Below, piece after piece: positions 9,916-20,815 of a stretch of 64,000 nt of DNA. Made by a program: the position numbers and the translations under genes. Source of the DNA: an uncultured delta proteobacterium (GTDB lineage Bacteria; Desulfobacterota; Binatia; Binatales; Binataceae); NCBI GenBank assembly GCA_963842085.1, contig CAWJET010000001.1, positions 384,001-448,000 of the forward strand. Direction: 5' to 3'. Every line of letters starts with the position of its first letter. Within the stretch, counting starts at the first letter, position 1. Below the pieces are notes generated by a model. That model worked only from the letters and a program-made list of their open reading frames with translations, had not been told where the DNA came from and searched no databases.

Positions 9916-9979
9916 GACGGAGAGTTACCAGACGGGCACGGTCCCGACAATCGCCGCTCGACGCGCAAGGCGACGTTCC

Positions 9980-10477
9980 CTACTGAGGCGGCCTGTGCAC
10001 ACGGTAGAGATTTGAACTTGCTCCGCGACGGCTGGCGCGCTGTTTGTGCGATATTAGCCCGACCCCTTCCAACTCCTTGATCGCCTTGCCAACCGTTGAT
10101 GTCGAGAGTCGCGTTCTCCGCGCAATCGTCTTGTAGAACGGCCAGCAATAGCCGCCATCGTCCGCGATATGGAACAAGTACCAGTAGATTTTCCGCGCGC
10201 TGGCAGATAGCTCGTAGCCTCTGAGCGAGGGCCGTTTTCCGTGATTGCCAAATGTCGCGATTTCTCGGCTGTCGCGGCTCGCGCGGAGTCTGCCGCGCGC
10301 GGTCTTGTATCCTCGCCAGACCGGCGGACGATACGGACGCAACGCTCGGATCGCCGCACCCACTCCGCGCAGAACCCGGCTGAGCCAGCTTGTGCGGACG
10401 ATCTTGGCACCGCACCGAGAGCAGAACTGCGCTTCGTCATTCGGTGGCTCGAAGCCGCAGCGTCGGCAGGGAATCAT
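9980..10477 (-). CDS. Zinc-ribbon plus helix-turn-helix protein (HTH_36 / phage replication-protein-like)
   Basis: CxxC...CxxC N-terminus; CWPFYKTIARRTRLSTSTVGKAIKELEGVGLI...SNLY. Confidence 0.65.
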   Translation of the reverse strand: MIPCRRCGFEPPNDEAQFCSRCGAKIVRTSWLSRVLRGVGAAIRALRPYRPPVWRGYKTARGRLRASRDSREIATFGNHGKRPSLRGYELSASARKIYWYLFHIADDGGYCWPFYKTIARRTRLSTSTVGKAIKELEGVGLISHKQRASRRGASSNLYRVHRPPQ

Positions 10478-10875
10478 TCAGTCTGGTGAGCTAGCAAACT
10501 GCCGCGCGACCGACAAATGGTGGACAACAGCGATGCCACAACACTGCGGCCGGCGTCATGAAAGCGCACGCGCACAGCCACACGCCGAGCGAACGTTGTA
10601 AACACTGCGTACCCGCCGCAGCGGGAGACGCTGCGCTGCCGTCACAACGGCTGAACTTTTCAGCCTGATCTTTTCTCCCCGGACGTGCTAAATGATCACT
10701 TGTGCACCTCGCTCATCGCACACATTCCGCGCGCACTCACTCGTCTGCAATCGTCAGGCGAACCTCCACGAACGAAATATTAATTTTGACGGAACGAACC
10801 CACCGGCAGTGGTACCCTCGACGAACACCACAACTAATAGCATAAATCCCCACTTTTCACGACCCTGACTTGCAC

Positions 10876-11331
10876 ATGAAATCATCAATTTTGCCCCTGA
10901 TTCTCCTCTCCGCAGCCCTCTTTTCCTGCAAACCCGCTCCATCCTGCCCGCCCGGAACGAAACAGATCGGCGAGGCTCCTCCCAACGGCTCCGAGATCTC
11001 GTGCGTCAAAACCGTCAACGGCCAGGACGTCAAAGAGGGACCGTTCGTAATCTATCGCGACGACGGCTCCAGGATGCTCCAGGGCGAATACCACGACGGC
11101 AAGCAGAGCGGCGAATGGACGATGTGGTACGACAACGGCCAGAAGGCGTCGATCGATCACTACAAGGACGGCGTGGAGAACGGCCAGCACACCGGCTGGT
11201 ACGCCAACGGCAAAATTTCCGCGATCGGCATGTACAAGGACGGCAAGCGCGAGGGCGTGTGGAAGCGATGGGACCCCAACGGTTTCAAGAATTGGGAGGA
11301 AACCTACAAGGACGACAAGAAAATCTCATGA
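10876..11331 (+). CDS. MORN-variant repeat (YwqK-like) lipoprotein
   Basis: Lipobox LFSC; repeated Y(K/H)DG...G.W..WY.NG units. Confidence 0.8.
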   Translation: MKSSILPLILLSAALFSCKPAPSCPPGTKQIGEAPPNGSEISCVKTVNGQDVKEGPFVIYRDDGSRMLQGEYHDGKQSGEWTMWYDNGQKASIDHYKDGVENGQHTGWYANGKISAIGMYKDGKREGVWKRWDPNGFKNWEETYKDDKKIS

Positions 11332-11828
11332 CGGCCGCACGACTGACAAATGTGACCATCGTCGACGCGGACCTGTCGCGCGCCGAGCATCAACGCGCGC
11401 TGGTCACGATGCTCGACGCATACATGCGCGATCCGATGGAGGGCGGCGCGGCACCGTCGGAGCAGGTCAAGCGCGACCTCGTGCCGGGTCTGCGCGCGCA
11501 TCCGGCGTGCTGCGTGTTTCTGGCGTATCGCGACGTCGCGCCCGTCGGCTTTTCGATCTGCTTCATAGGCTTCTCGACCTTCATGGCGAAGCCGCTGCTC
11601 AACATCCACGACATCTTCGTCGATTCTTCAGTCCGCGGCATGGGAATCGGCGCGATGCTGCTCGAGCGAATCGAGGCGAAAGCGCGCGAGCTGAATTGTT
11701 GCCGTATCACGCTCGAAGTGCGCGAGGACAATCGCGTCGCCCGCGGACTCTACCGCAAAGTCGGTTTCGATCGCGTCGTCGTCGGCCCCGATCGCGTCCC
11801 GATGGAGTTCTGGCGCAAGCCGCTGTGA
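11328..11828 (+). CDS. GNAT family N-acetyltransferase
   Basis: IHDIFV..VRGMGIG and LEVREDN..A..LY.K.GF; ATGA overlap with the upstream gene. Confidence 0.9.
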   Translation: MTAARLTNVTIVDADLSRAEHQRALVTMLDAYMRDPMEGGAAPSEQVKRDLVPGLRAHPACCVFLAYRDVAPVGFSICFIGFSTFMAKPLLNIHDIFVDSSVRGMGIGAMLLERIEAKARELNCCRITLEVREDNRVARGLYRKVGFDRVVVGPDRVPMEFWRKPL

Positions 11829-11830
11829 GG

Positions 11831-12850
11831 CTACAGCGTTCTTCCGACCGACTCCGCCAGCGGCTTGAGCGCCTTCATCAAGTCGGCGAAGCGCGACGGT
11901 TTCAACTGCTGCGGGCCGTCGGACAGCGCGGTCTCGGGCTTCGGATGCACTTCGATCAGCAATCCGTCGGCGCCCGCTGCGATAGCCGCCAGCGCCATCG
12001 GCGCCACCATCGAGTAGATTCCCGTGCCGTGGCTCGGGTCGACAATCACCGGCAGATGGGTCCATTCCTTGAGCAGCGGCACGGCGTTCAGATCGAGCGT
12101 GTTGCGCGTGGCGGTCTCGAACGTGCGAATCCCGCGCTCGCACAGCACGACGTTGGGATTGCCCTCGGACAGAATATATTCCGCCGCCATCATGAACTCT
12201 TCGAGCTTCATCGACATGCCGCGCTTGAGCAGCACCGGCTTGCTGATTCGTCCGAGCCGGCGCAGCAACGAAAAGTTCTGCGCGTTGCGCGCGCCCACTT
12301 GCAGCATGTCGGCATGCTCGACGACCAGATCGATATCGTGCGGGTCCATGATTTCCGTCACCACCGGCAAACCCACGCGACGCCCGGCGCGCTCGAGCAG
12401 TACCAGCCCCTCGTCTTCCAGCCCCTGGAACGAGTACGGCGAGGTGCGCGGCTTGAACGCTCCGCCGCGCAGCGCATGCGCGCCCGCCGCTTTGACCGCG
12501 TCGGCGGCGGCCTCGATCTGCGCCTCGCTCTCGACCGCGCACGGTCCCGCGATCACCGCAATTCGCTTGCCGCCGATTTCGGCGCTGCCGACCTTGATCC
12601 GCGAGCCTTCGGGCCGCACCTCGCGCGACGCCAGCTTGAACGACCGCACCACCGGCATCACGCGCTCGACCCCGGCCACCGATTCCAGATGCGTCAGTTG
12701 ATGCTTCTCGCCGCGCTCATCGCCCACGCATGCGACGACGGTGCGCTCGACGCCGCGGATAATGTGCGCGTCGTAGTCGAGTTCCTCGACCATCTTTGCA
12801 ACCGCCTGGATTTCGGCCTCGGTGGCGTGCGCTTTCATTACGACAATCAA
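11831..12850 (-). CDS. aroF: 3-deoxy-7-phosphoheptulonate (DAHP) synthase, class I-beta with N-terminal regulatory domain
   Basis: IAGPCAVES, GGAFKPRTSPYSFQG, LCERGIRTF, DPSHGTG. Confidence 0.95.
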   Translation of the reverse strand: MIVVMKAHATEAEIQAVAKMVEELDYDAHIIRGVERTVVACVGDERGEKHQLTHLESVAGVERVMPVVRSFKLASREVRPEGSRIKVGSAEIGGKRIAVIAGPCAVESEAQIEAAADAVKAAGAHALRGGAFKPRTSPYSFQGLEDEGLVLLERAGRRVGLPVVTEIMDPHDIDLVVEHADMLQVGARNAQNFSLLRRLGRISKPVLLKRGMSMKLEEFMMAAEYILSEGNPNVVLCERGIRTFETATRNTLDLNAVPLLKEWTHLPVIVDPSHGTGIYSMVAPMALAAIAAGADGLLIEVHPKPETALSDGPQQLKPSRFADLMKALKPLAESVGRTL

Positions 12851-12978
12851 GTGAAAGACTCCTTGCGCGCGAGCGATGGTATGAGCGCTCTAACTCTAGT
12901 AAATCTGACTCTACAGCATGTTCTCATCGACCGGAACTGAGCGCCCACAACCCGATTGACGCAGCGAAGGACGCGATT

Positions 12979-13734
12979 TTGCCAGCCAAGCCGCCGCATC
13001 GCCCACTCAGCATCGTTCACACTTCCGACGTTCATCTCGAGACCGACACGTTCGGGTCAGGCGAGCGCGGCGTCCAGTTGCGCGACAAAGTGCGCACCGC
13101 ATTCGGCCGCGTCATCGACATCGCCAACGAGCGCAGCGCCGACATGCTGCTGATTGTCGGCGACCTGTTCGATTCGGCGCGCGTCAGCGAAGAAGGCCTC
13201 GCTTTTGCGCTGGGCACGATCGCGCGGGCAAAGATGCCGGTCGTGATGATTCCCGGCAACCATGACGCGCACGACGAGCGCTCGATCTACGCCGGCCTCA
13301 CGCCCGGCACGCTCCCCGAAAATCTACACCTGATCCTGGAGCCCGAGGGCAGGACCATCGACTTTCCCCATTTGGCGACGCGCGTATGGGGCCGCGCCCT
13401 GGTCGAGCATACACCAGACTACCGGCCGTTGAGCGGCGTGCCCGAGCGCGAGGAAGGGCTCTGGAACATCGCGCTGGCGCACGGATTCTTCATGGAGGAA
13501 GGCGAGATCGAGCGCTCGTCGCCGATCACGCCCGCGGAAATCGAGCGCTCGCGCTACGACTACGTCGCGCTCGGCCACGTGCACGTGCTGAGCGACGTGT
13601 CGCAGGGCGCGACGCGCGCCTTCTATTGCGGCACGCCGGCGCCGCTCTATTCGAGCGAGAATTCCGGATGGGTGCTTTGGGTCAATTGCATACCCGGCCA
13701 GCCCCTCTTCATCGAACGCCTGATGGTCGGTTAG
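12979..13734 (+). CDS. Metallophosphoesterase (SbcD/Mre11-like)
   Basis: HTSDVH, GDLFD, PGNHD, AHG and ALGHVH motifs. Confidence 0.85.
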   Translation: MPAKPPHRPLSIVHTSDVHLETDTFGSGERGVQLRDKVRTAFGRVIDIANERSADMLLIVGDLFDSARVSEEGLAFALGTIARAKMPVVMIPGNHDAHDERSIYAGLTPGTLPENLHLILEPEGRTIDFPHLATRVWGRALVEHTPDYRPLSGVPEREEGLWNIALAHGFFMEEGEIERSSPITPAEIERSRYDYVALGHVHVLSDVSQGATRAFYCGTPAPLYSSENSGWVLWVNCIPGQPLFIERLMVG

Positions 13735-13738
13735 CGAC

Positions 13739-14161
13739 TCACCGCCCGGATGCCGCCTCGTCCCTGCGTCTGAGCTCGGGATAGATGTTCGACAGCCCGC
13801 GCCACATCCGCTCCAGCCCGAAACTGTCGAACGGCTCGACGATACATTCGAGCGCGCCCTCGCGCAGGTAGATGCGCTGGTCTTCAGGCGACCGCGACGC
13901 GCTGACGATTACTATCGACGTCTCCGGCGACTCGCGGCGAATCATCCTGAACAACGACAAGGCGTCAAGCCCGAGCCCGTTCGAACTACGCAACCCGACG
14001 TCGAGCGTAACGACATCAGGACGCGTCGTGCGAAAGAGGTCAATTGTCTGCGCGACCGTCTCGGTTTCCGCCACTACCTGACATCCGCCGCATTCAAGAT
14101 GATTGCGCATGATGTCGCGCGTAATCCCCGAGCTGTCCGCAATGAGCACTCGCACTGCCAT
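13739..14161 (-). CDS. Single-domain response regulator (CheY-like, atypical)
   Basis: RVLIADS, PDVVTLD, VSA receiver pattern; AAGGAG RBS. Confidence 0.85.
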   Translation of the reverse strand: MAVRVLIADSSGITRDIMRNHLECGGCQVVAETETVAQTIDLFRTTRPDVVTLDVGLRSSNGLGLDALSLFRMIRRESPETSIVIVSASRSPEDQRIYLREGALECIVEPFDSFGLERMWRGLSNIYPELRRRDEAASGR

Positions 14162-14237
14162 AGCAGCTCCTTTCGGTACGAGCACTGCGCCAGCCCAGTC
14201 CCCAAGGCGTTCACAGCGGCTACCCGTTTAACTATTT

Positions 14238-14253
14238 AGCAAGGGCGGGGCCA
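14238..14253 (-). promoter_or_regulatory. Putative sigma54 (-24/-12) promoter of the response regulator
   Basis: Minus strand TGGCCCCGCCCTTGCT = GG-N10-GC; candidate TGT-N12-ACA enhancer site at 14398-14415. Confidence 0.6.
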
Positions 14254-14493
14254 AGAAGTGTGCTCTTCGAACGCGACTGTCCCATTTGTACACAGACTAG
14301 CCAAGTGCGATTCGCGGCCACTTAATTAGCTATTTCCGCGCCATCCACTCCGTCGCAGCAGGAGTGGAAGCTCGATCGTCGTTGCACCTGAGCGATTTGT
14401 TGCATCTCGGTGACATCATTCAAGCGCAACCGACGCCGTTCGCGCGGCCGCTTGCGGAGCGTCTTGGAGGTTCGCCCACGGACAAAATAACAA

Positions 14494-14518
14494 CGGCGGA
14501 GCCTTGATGGCTCCGCCG
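14494..14518 (-). terminator. Intrinsic terminator after groEL
   Basis: CGGCGGAGCC/GGCTCCGCCG stem followed on the minus strand by TTGTTATTTT. Confidence 0.7.
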
Positions 14519-14547
14519 CTGCGTCAGTCCCAGATTTGTTCTCCGAG

Positions 14548-16215
<1,668 letters not shown>

Positions 16216-16259
16216 TCATCTGATCAGATTGGGACTCGTTCGCAAGCAGGCCGAAAGGG

Positions 16260-16547
16260 CTACTCGATGATTCCCAGGATGTCGTCCTCGCGCAGGATCA
16301 GCAGGTCTTCGCCCTCGTGCTTGAACTCGCTGCCCGAGTATTTGCCGAACAGGATCTTGTCGCCCGCCCTGACTTCGATGGGGATAAGCTTGCCGTCGTC
16401 GCCGTATTTGCCCTTGCCGACGGCGACCACCTTGCCCTCCTGGGGCTTTTCCTTGGCGGTGTCGGGGATGATTATCCCACCCTTAGTCCGCTCCTCTTCC
16501 TTGATCCGCTTGACGAGAATTCTATCTCCCAGTGGCTTTATTTTCAT
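16260..16547 (-). CDS. groS: Co-chaperonin GroES (95 aa)
   Basis: [13 protein letters not shown]...[16 protein letters not shown]; AGGAGG RBS; true start is 16547. Confidence 0.98.
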   Translation of the reverse strand: MKIKPLGDRILVKRIKEEERTKGGIIIPDTAKEKPQEGKVVAVGKGKYGDDGKLIPIEVRAGDKILFGKYSGSEFKHEGEDLLILREDDILGIIE

Positions 16548-16639
16548 TGGGACCAGCAGCCTCCTTGCTTGCTGAAAAGTGTTGCCTGGCTGGACGATTC
16601 CAGCCGTCGGAAAGTTAATTACTGTCCGGGTTTTGTCAA

Positions 16640-16666
16640 TTGGCACTCGTAACGTCTGAGTGCTAA
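16640..16666 (-). promoter_or_regulatory. CIRCE element (HrcA operator)
   Basis: Minus strand TTAGCACTC-N9-GAGTGCCAA upstream of groES; a TTGACA -35 box lies directly downstream. Confidence 0.93.
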
Positions 16667-16824
16667 CGGCATTATCAGCCCGCTGCGGGAGAAATGCAAG
16701 CCCTGTGGATAAAGGTGCGGATTGACGGCGCATGCGTCTCTCCCGCGATTGTGCCCGCTTCCGGCGCGGAAGAGCCCCTTCTGTCTCGTCCTCCTTCCCG
16801 CGCGGAGAGGGCAACCAGAAAAAA

Positions 16825-17982
16825 TCACACCAGCGAGCCGCGCTCGGTCGCCGGGATTCCGTACGGACCGAACACCCGTGCCCGATACTCGTCGTCGCGC
16901 GAGGCCCGTAGCAGCGCGTCGCGATCACGCAGGATTCGCAACTGGGCCCGGACGTAGTCAACCTGCCGGTCAACCTCATGCTTGCGCCCCTCGACGTACG
17001 ACGCGAATGCGTCCGCGGAGAGATCGCCGTCGCGCAAAGCCTGGTCGGCGGCCGCGGCCGCCAGCCTGCCCATCCTCATCGCGAATTCATTGCCCTGCCC
17101 TGTTATCGGCGAGAGATATCCCGCCGCGTCGCCCACCAGCAGCAGACGGTCTCGCGCGACCGCGCTGACGCGATACCCAAGCGGCGCCATCGACCATTGC
17201 CGCCCCACCCGCGGCTCGCGCATGACGCGTTCGTAGAGCCATCGATCGTGCTGTCGCGCGACCGATTCGTAAAATTCGATCGCGCCTAGCCGGTCGCTCT
17301 GTTTCTCAGCAAGATCCGCTTCGAGGATGTATCGATACAACCCCGGCCGAATGCGCGAGCCACTGATCATCGCGCCGCGCACGCCGTAGAGATGGCGGTC
17401 CCACGTATGCAGCGGGGTGCCGTCGAACGACTTGAAAAAGACCGCGACCCCGATTTGCGAGAACTCCGGGTCCTCGGACTTGAGATTCAGCACGCGCAGT
17501 GACGGCGCGTAGCGGCCGCCCGCGTCGATCAGCATGCGTGCCGAATGACGGTTGCGGTCGGCGGTGATTGCGATTGCCGCGTCGGCGCGAAATTCCAGGT
17601 CGGTAACGCGCGCGTTCCAGATCAGGCGCCCGCCCGCCTCGACCAGTGTGCGCCGCAGAGCGGCGTTGAAGCCGCCGCGGTCAACCTGCACGGGACAGAC
17701 GGATGTCGGAATCGGATGGTACGTCCACGAGAGGTCGGGATAGACGTTGCGGAAGCCGGTGACCCGGTCGAGCACCCAGTCGCCTTCGAACTTGACCCCC
17801 AACTGGTCGCATTCATTCTGCGTCGGGACCACGATCACCTCGCCCGACGTGATGTCCTCGCCGTCCTCGCGCTCCTTGCGCTCGAGCGCGATCACGTTGT
17901 AGCCGGCAGCGACCAGCCTGATCGCCGCCGCGCATCCGGCGGGTCCCGCTCCAATCACGATAACGTCGGCGTCCAGGCTCAT
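16825..17982 (-). CDS. FAD-dependent oxidoreductase (geranylgeranyl reductase / flavin monooxygenase-like)
   Basis: GAGPAG, DRxxF, DAGG and GDAAG...P..GQG motifs. Confidence 0.85.
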   Translation of the reverse strand: MSLDADVIVIGAGPAGCAAAIRLVAAGYNVIALERKEREDGEDITSGEVIVVPTQNECDQLGVKFEGDWVLDRVTGFRNVYPDLSWTYHPIPTSVCPVQVDRGGFNAALRRTLVEAGGRLIWNARVTDLEFRADAAIAITADRNRHSARMLIDAGGRYAPSLRVLNLKSEDPEFSQIGVAVFFKSFDGTPLHTWDRHLYGVRGAMISGSRIRPGLYRYILEADLAEKQSDRLGAIEFYESVARQHDRWLYERVMREPRVGRQWSMAPLGYRVSAVARDRLLLVGDAAGYLSPITGQGNEFAMRMGRLAAAAADQALRDGDLSADAFASYVEGRKHEVDRQVDYVRAQLRILRDRDALLRASRDDEYRARVFGPYGIPATERGSLV

Positions 17983-17992
17983 TGACCAATTT

Positions 17993-18088
17993 TGTCATTC
18001 TGAACGGAGTCTGCGTAGTGAAGAATCCCTGATTACGGCGCTTGCCTCCGTATCGCTGCCGGGATTCTTCGCGTCGCTCAGAATGACA
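17993..18088. repeat. Palindromic REP/MITE-like element (TGTCATTCTGA...GAAGAATCCC...GGGATTCTTC...TCAGAATGACA)
   Basis: 11-bp perfect terminal inverted repeat with a nested internal inverted repeat. Confidence 0.8.
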
Positions 18089-18090
18089 CG

Positions 18091-18414
18091 CTACAGGGAC
18101 TCGACGGAGTGCCCGAGCTGCTCGGCTATCGTCTCGGCCAGGCGTGGGAACAAGTCGTGGCCGTCCTTGTCGTCGAGCCACAGGCCGCGGGCAACGTCCC
18201 AACTGTAATGGAATCCGTGCGCGCCGGCGGCGAGCCACATCTGCTTCATCTGCGATTGCCGCGACAGGATAAACTTCGCGCCGCCCGCGAATTCAATCGT
18301 CACGACGCCGTCGGCTGTCGTGTAATCCACTTCGTCGGGGTCGAGGTCTTCGAGCCATTTCGCGACCTTGTTCAGGGCGGCGTCGGAGCGTTCGCGGAAT
18401 TCGTTCTCGTCCAT
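18091..18414 (-). CDS. cyaY: Iron donor protein CyaY (frataxin)
   Basis: Acidic N-terminal helix, DGVVTIEF, SRQ...QMWLA...GFHY. Confidence 0.9.
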   Translation of the reverse strand: MDENEFRERSDAALNKVAKWLEDLDPDEVDYTTADGVVTIEFAGGAKFILSRQSQMKQMWLAAGAHGFHYSWDVARGLWLDDKDGHDLFPRLAETIAEQLGHSVESL

Positions 18415-18492
18415 GCGCAGATTGTACCAACCGCCAGCGCGACGCGGTACGGCCGAGGCATCGGCCCTGCCCGCTTAAGCGCGTAGCCCGCG

Positions 18493-19578
18493 GTGGGTTT
18501 CACATTCCTAAAAGGGTTAAAATTAGTCGTGCCCGGTCTCGACGTAATCCTGACGCCCACTCTAGCTTGCGACGATCTCATCGGCCTCGAGCTCTACTTT
18601 CTCGACGCAGTTGCCACGCGCCAGACGGCCCCAGTCCTGCTCATCTACGCGTCGCCGGGCCGCTCGGTCTCAATCGGCCGCTATCATCTGTATTGCGGGC
18701 AGCCCGAGCGCGACGGAATCTGCGTAACGCGGCGTCTGACCGGTGGCCGTGTCGTCGGCGCCGGCCAGGGATGGTTTGGGCTGGCGCTCATCCTGCCAAC
18801 TCGCACCGCGTTGCTGAAGGAGGACGCCGCGCGGCTCAAACCCGAGCAGATCATGAATCGCTACGCTCGCGGCATCCTGATCGCGATGCGCGCGCTCGGG
18901 GTCGATTGTTTCTACCCCGGCCGCGACGCGATAACCTTCGAACAGCGCGAGATTGCCATGTGCACTTTCGAGACTGACGCGTCGGGCGCGATGCTGTTCG
19001 AGGCGGCGATTGCGCTGAACCGCGGGATGGAAGAACTCGTGCACGATTTGGAACGCATCGACCCCGGCGGCGCGCTCTCGTGCCGCATGTATGACGCCGA
19101 GTCCGCCACCAAGGTGGTGCGCGAGCTTGCGCGCGACGTTTCTTTCGACGAGCTGGCCGGCGCGATCGCGTCGGGTTACGCGAGCTCGCTCGGTGATACT
19201 CGACGCCGAGAGTTGACGGCGCTCGAATCCGCCCAGGCGCAGCATCGCGGTCGCGCATTGGCCAATTCGAGCTGGCTGCGCGGGCCCGTCGCGGGACCCT
19301 CGATGACGCTCAGGAATCGCATCGCATCGCAGCTCGGCGCAATCGAGGCTGCGGTTGCCCTCGACGCCGACAAGACAATCGAGGCCGTGCGGTTGAGCGG
19401 AGATTTCATCGCCAATTCGCCGGCAATCGCCGAACTGGAAGACGAACTTCGCGGCCGCCCGCTCGAGCTGGTGTCGCTCTCGCAAGCGGTCACGAAGACC
19501 TTTGGCCACAATGAGAATTTCTTTCTCGGCGCAGGCGAACTGTCCAATCTGGTGCGCCTGATTGCGGGTGTGACTTGA
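18493..19578 (+). CDS. Lipoate-protein ligase A family protein (divergent)
   Basis: VSIGRY, RRLTGG..V and a C-terminal LplA-like domain (I..V.LSGDF). Confidence 0.7.
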   Translation: MGFTFLKGLKLVVPGLDVILTPTLACDDLIGLELYFLDAVATRQTAPVLLIYASPGRSVSIGRYHLYCGQPERDGICVTRRLTGGRVVGAGQGWFGLALILPTRTALLKEDAARLKPEQIMNRYARGILIAMRALGVDCFYPGRDAITFEQREIAMCTFETDASGAMLFEAAIALNRGMEELVHDLERIDPGGALSCRMYDAESATKVVRELARDVSFDELAGAIASGYASSLGDTRRRELTALESAQAQHRGRALANSSWLRGPVAGPSMTLRNRIASQLGAIEAAVALDADKTIEAVRLSGDFIANSPAIAELEDELRGRPLELVSLSQAVTKTFGHNENFFLGAGELSNLVRLIAGVT

Positions 19579-20324
19579 AAGCCTCCGCTCACGTTGACGC
19601 AGCGAACGTCGAGAAGCTGATCCGGGAACTTGGCGACGCGCGCAAGACCGTTCAGCGCCGCACGATCGATGAACTCGTGGCAATTGCCACGTCCGGCGAC
19701 CCCCTCGTCACTGAAAAACTTCGCGGCTCGATTGCGAGCGCCAATCGCCGCGTGCGATGGGCGGCGGCGTACGCGCTCGCGCAAATCGGTGCGGGCGCGT
19801 TTGCGATGGACTCCGCGGACGCGCTGGGCGAGGCGATGGCCGACGACGACGGCGATGTCCGCTGGGCGGCGACCGACTTGATGGTCCGGCTCGGGCGCGA
19901 AAATCCGGCGGAAATTCGCGCGCGCCTGCTCAAGCTCGCCGACAGCAGCGACCGCAACGCGCGCAAGATGGCGCTGTACTGCATTCGCGATCTCGAGATT
20001 AACGGCCCCGAACTGATCGCCGTCGTCGAGCGCGCAGTGCACGATTCCGACGTTCACGTGCGGCTCGCGGCGCTGGCGGTGTTGTCGCGCCTGCGCGATG
20101 CGCCCGAAGCGGCCGTACGAATCATGCTCGGATGCCTCACAACCGATCCGGATGCGGGCGTGCGGCGGGCCGCCGCCTCTGCGCTCGGCAAGATTCAGAC
20201 CGCAAGCGCGGACGCGACGGCGGCACTCGAGTGCGCGGCGGCCGACCCGGCCGACGACTCGCTGGCGCGAGCCGCGCGCGGCGCGCTGGATCGGCTGGAG
20301 AAAGACCGGCTGGAGAAACGTTGA
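19575..20324 (+). CDS. HEAT-repeat protein
   Basis: Repeated VRxAAA.AL units. Confidence 0.8.
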   Translation: MKASAHVDAANVEKLIRELGDARKTVQRRTIDELVAIATSGDPLVTEKLRGSIASANRRVRWAAAYALAQIGAGAFAMDSADALGEAMADDDGDVRWAATDLMVRLGRENPAEIRARLLKLADSSDRNARKMALYCIRDLEINGPELIAVVERAVHDSDVHVRLAALAVLSRLRDAPEAAVRIMLGCLTTDPDAGVRRAAASALGKIQTASADATAALECAAADPADDSLARAARGALDRLEKDRLEKR

Positions 20325-20815
20325 TGGCGCCGAAAACGAACCCTGCTGCCGCCAATGACCTGACTCAACTCGCCGATCAGCGCGTGCGCGAGTTCGTCGC
20401 CGGCGCGCGCATCGCGCACCTGGCAACCGCCGACGGCGCCGGCGCGCCGCACAACGTCCCGCTCTGCTACTGGTTCGACGGCGAGCGCCTCTACTTCGCG
20501 ATCGACGAGAAGCCCAAGCGTCGAACCGGCCTGGCGCTCAAGCGGATGCGCAATATCGCGGCGAATCCGCGCGTCGCCGTCGTGATCGATCACTATGAAG
20601 AAGACTGGTCGCAACTTGCGTACGTGCTGATTCGCGGACACGCGCGCGTGGTCGAAGACGCCGAGGAATACCTGGCCGCGATGCGTCATCTGCGCGACAA
20701 ATATCTGCAGTACCGCGGGATGAGCCTGACGCCGGAGAAAAATCCAATCGTGAAGATCGAACCGGTAAGCGTGCACGCGTGGGGCGCGCGCTTTAAAGTG
20801 GATTCAGACGCGTGA
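20324..20815 (+). CDS. PPOX-class (split beta-barrel) probable F420-dependent oxidoreductase
   Basis: AHLATAD..G.PH.VP, AIDEKPK, RMRNIAANPRVAVVIDHYEEDWSQL. Confidence 0.88.
   Translation: MAPKTNPAAANDLTQLADQRVREFVAGARIAHLATADGAGAPHNVPLCYWFDGERLYFAIDEKPKRRTGLALKRMRNIAANPRVAVVIDHYEEDWSQLAYVLIRGHARVVEDAEEYLAAMRHLRDKYLQYRGMSLTPEKNPIVKIEPVSVHAWGARFKVDSDA

Noticed and set aside
10876-11828. YwqK antitoxin plus GNAT toxin pair
   Set aside because: The MORN protein is an exported lipoprotein and the GNAT looks like an ordinary small-molecule acetyltransferase; nothing supports a toxin-antitoxin pair.
16548-16979. N-terminally extended GroES (239 aa ORF)
   Set aside because: The RBS, CIRCE and promoter boxes lie inside the extension; the real start is 16547.
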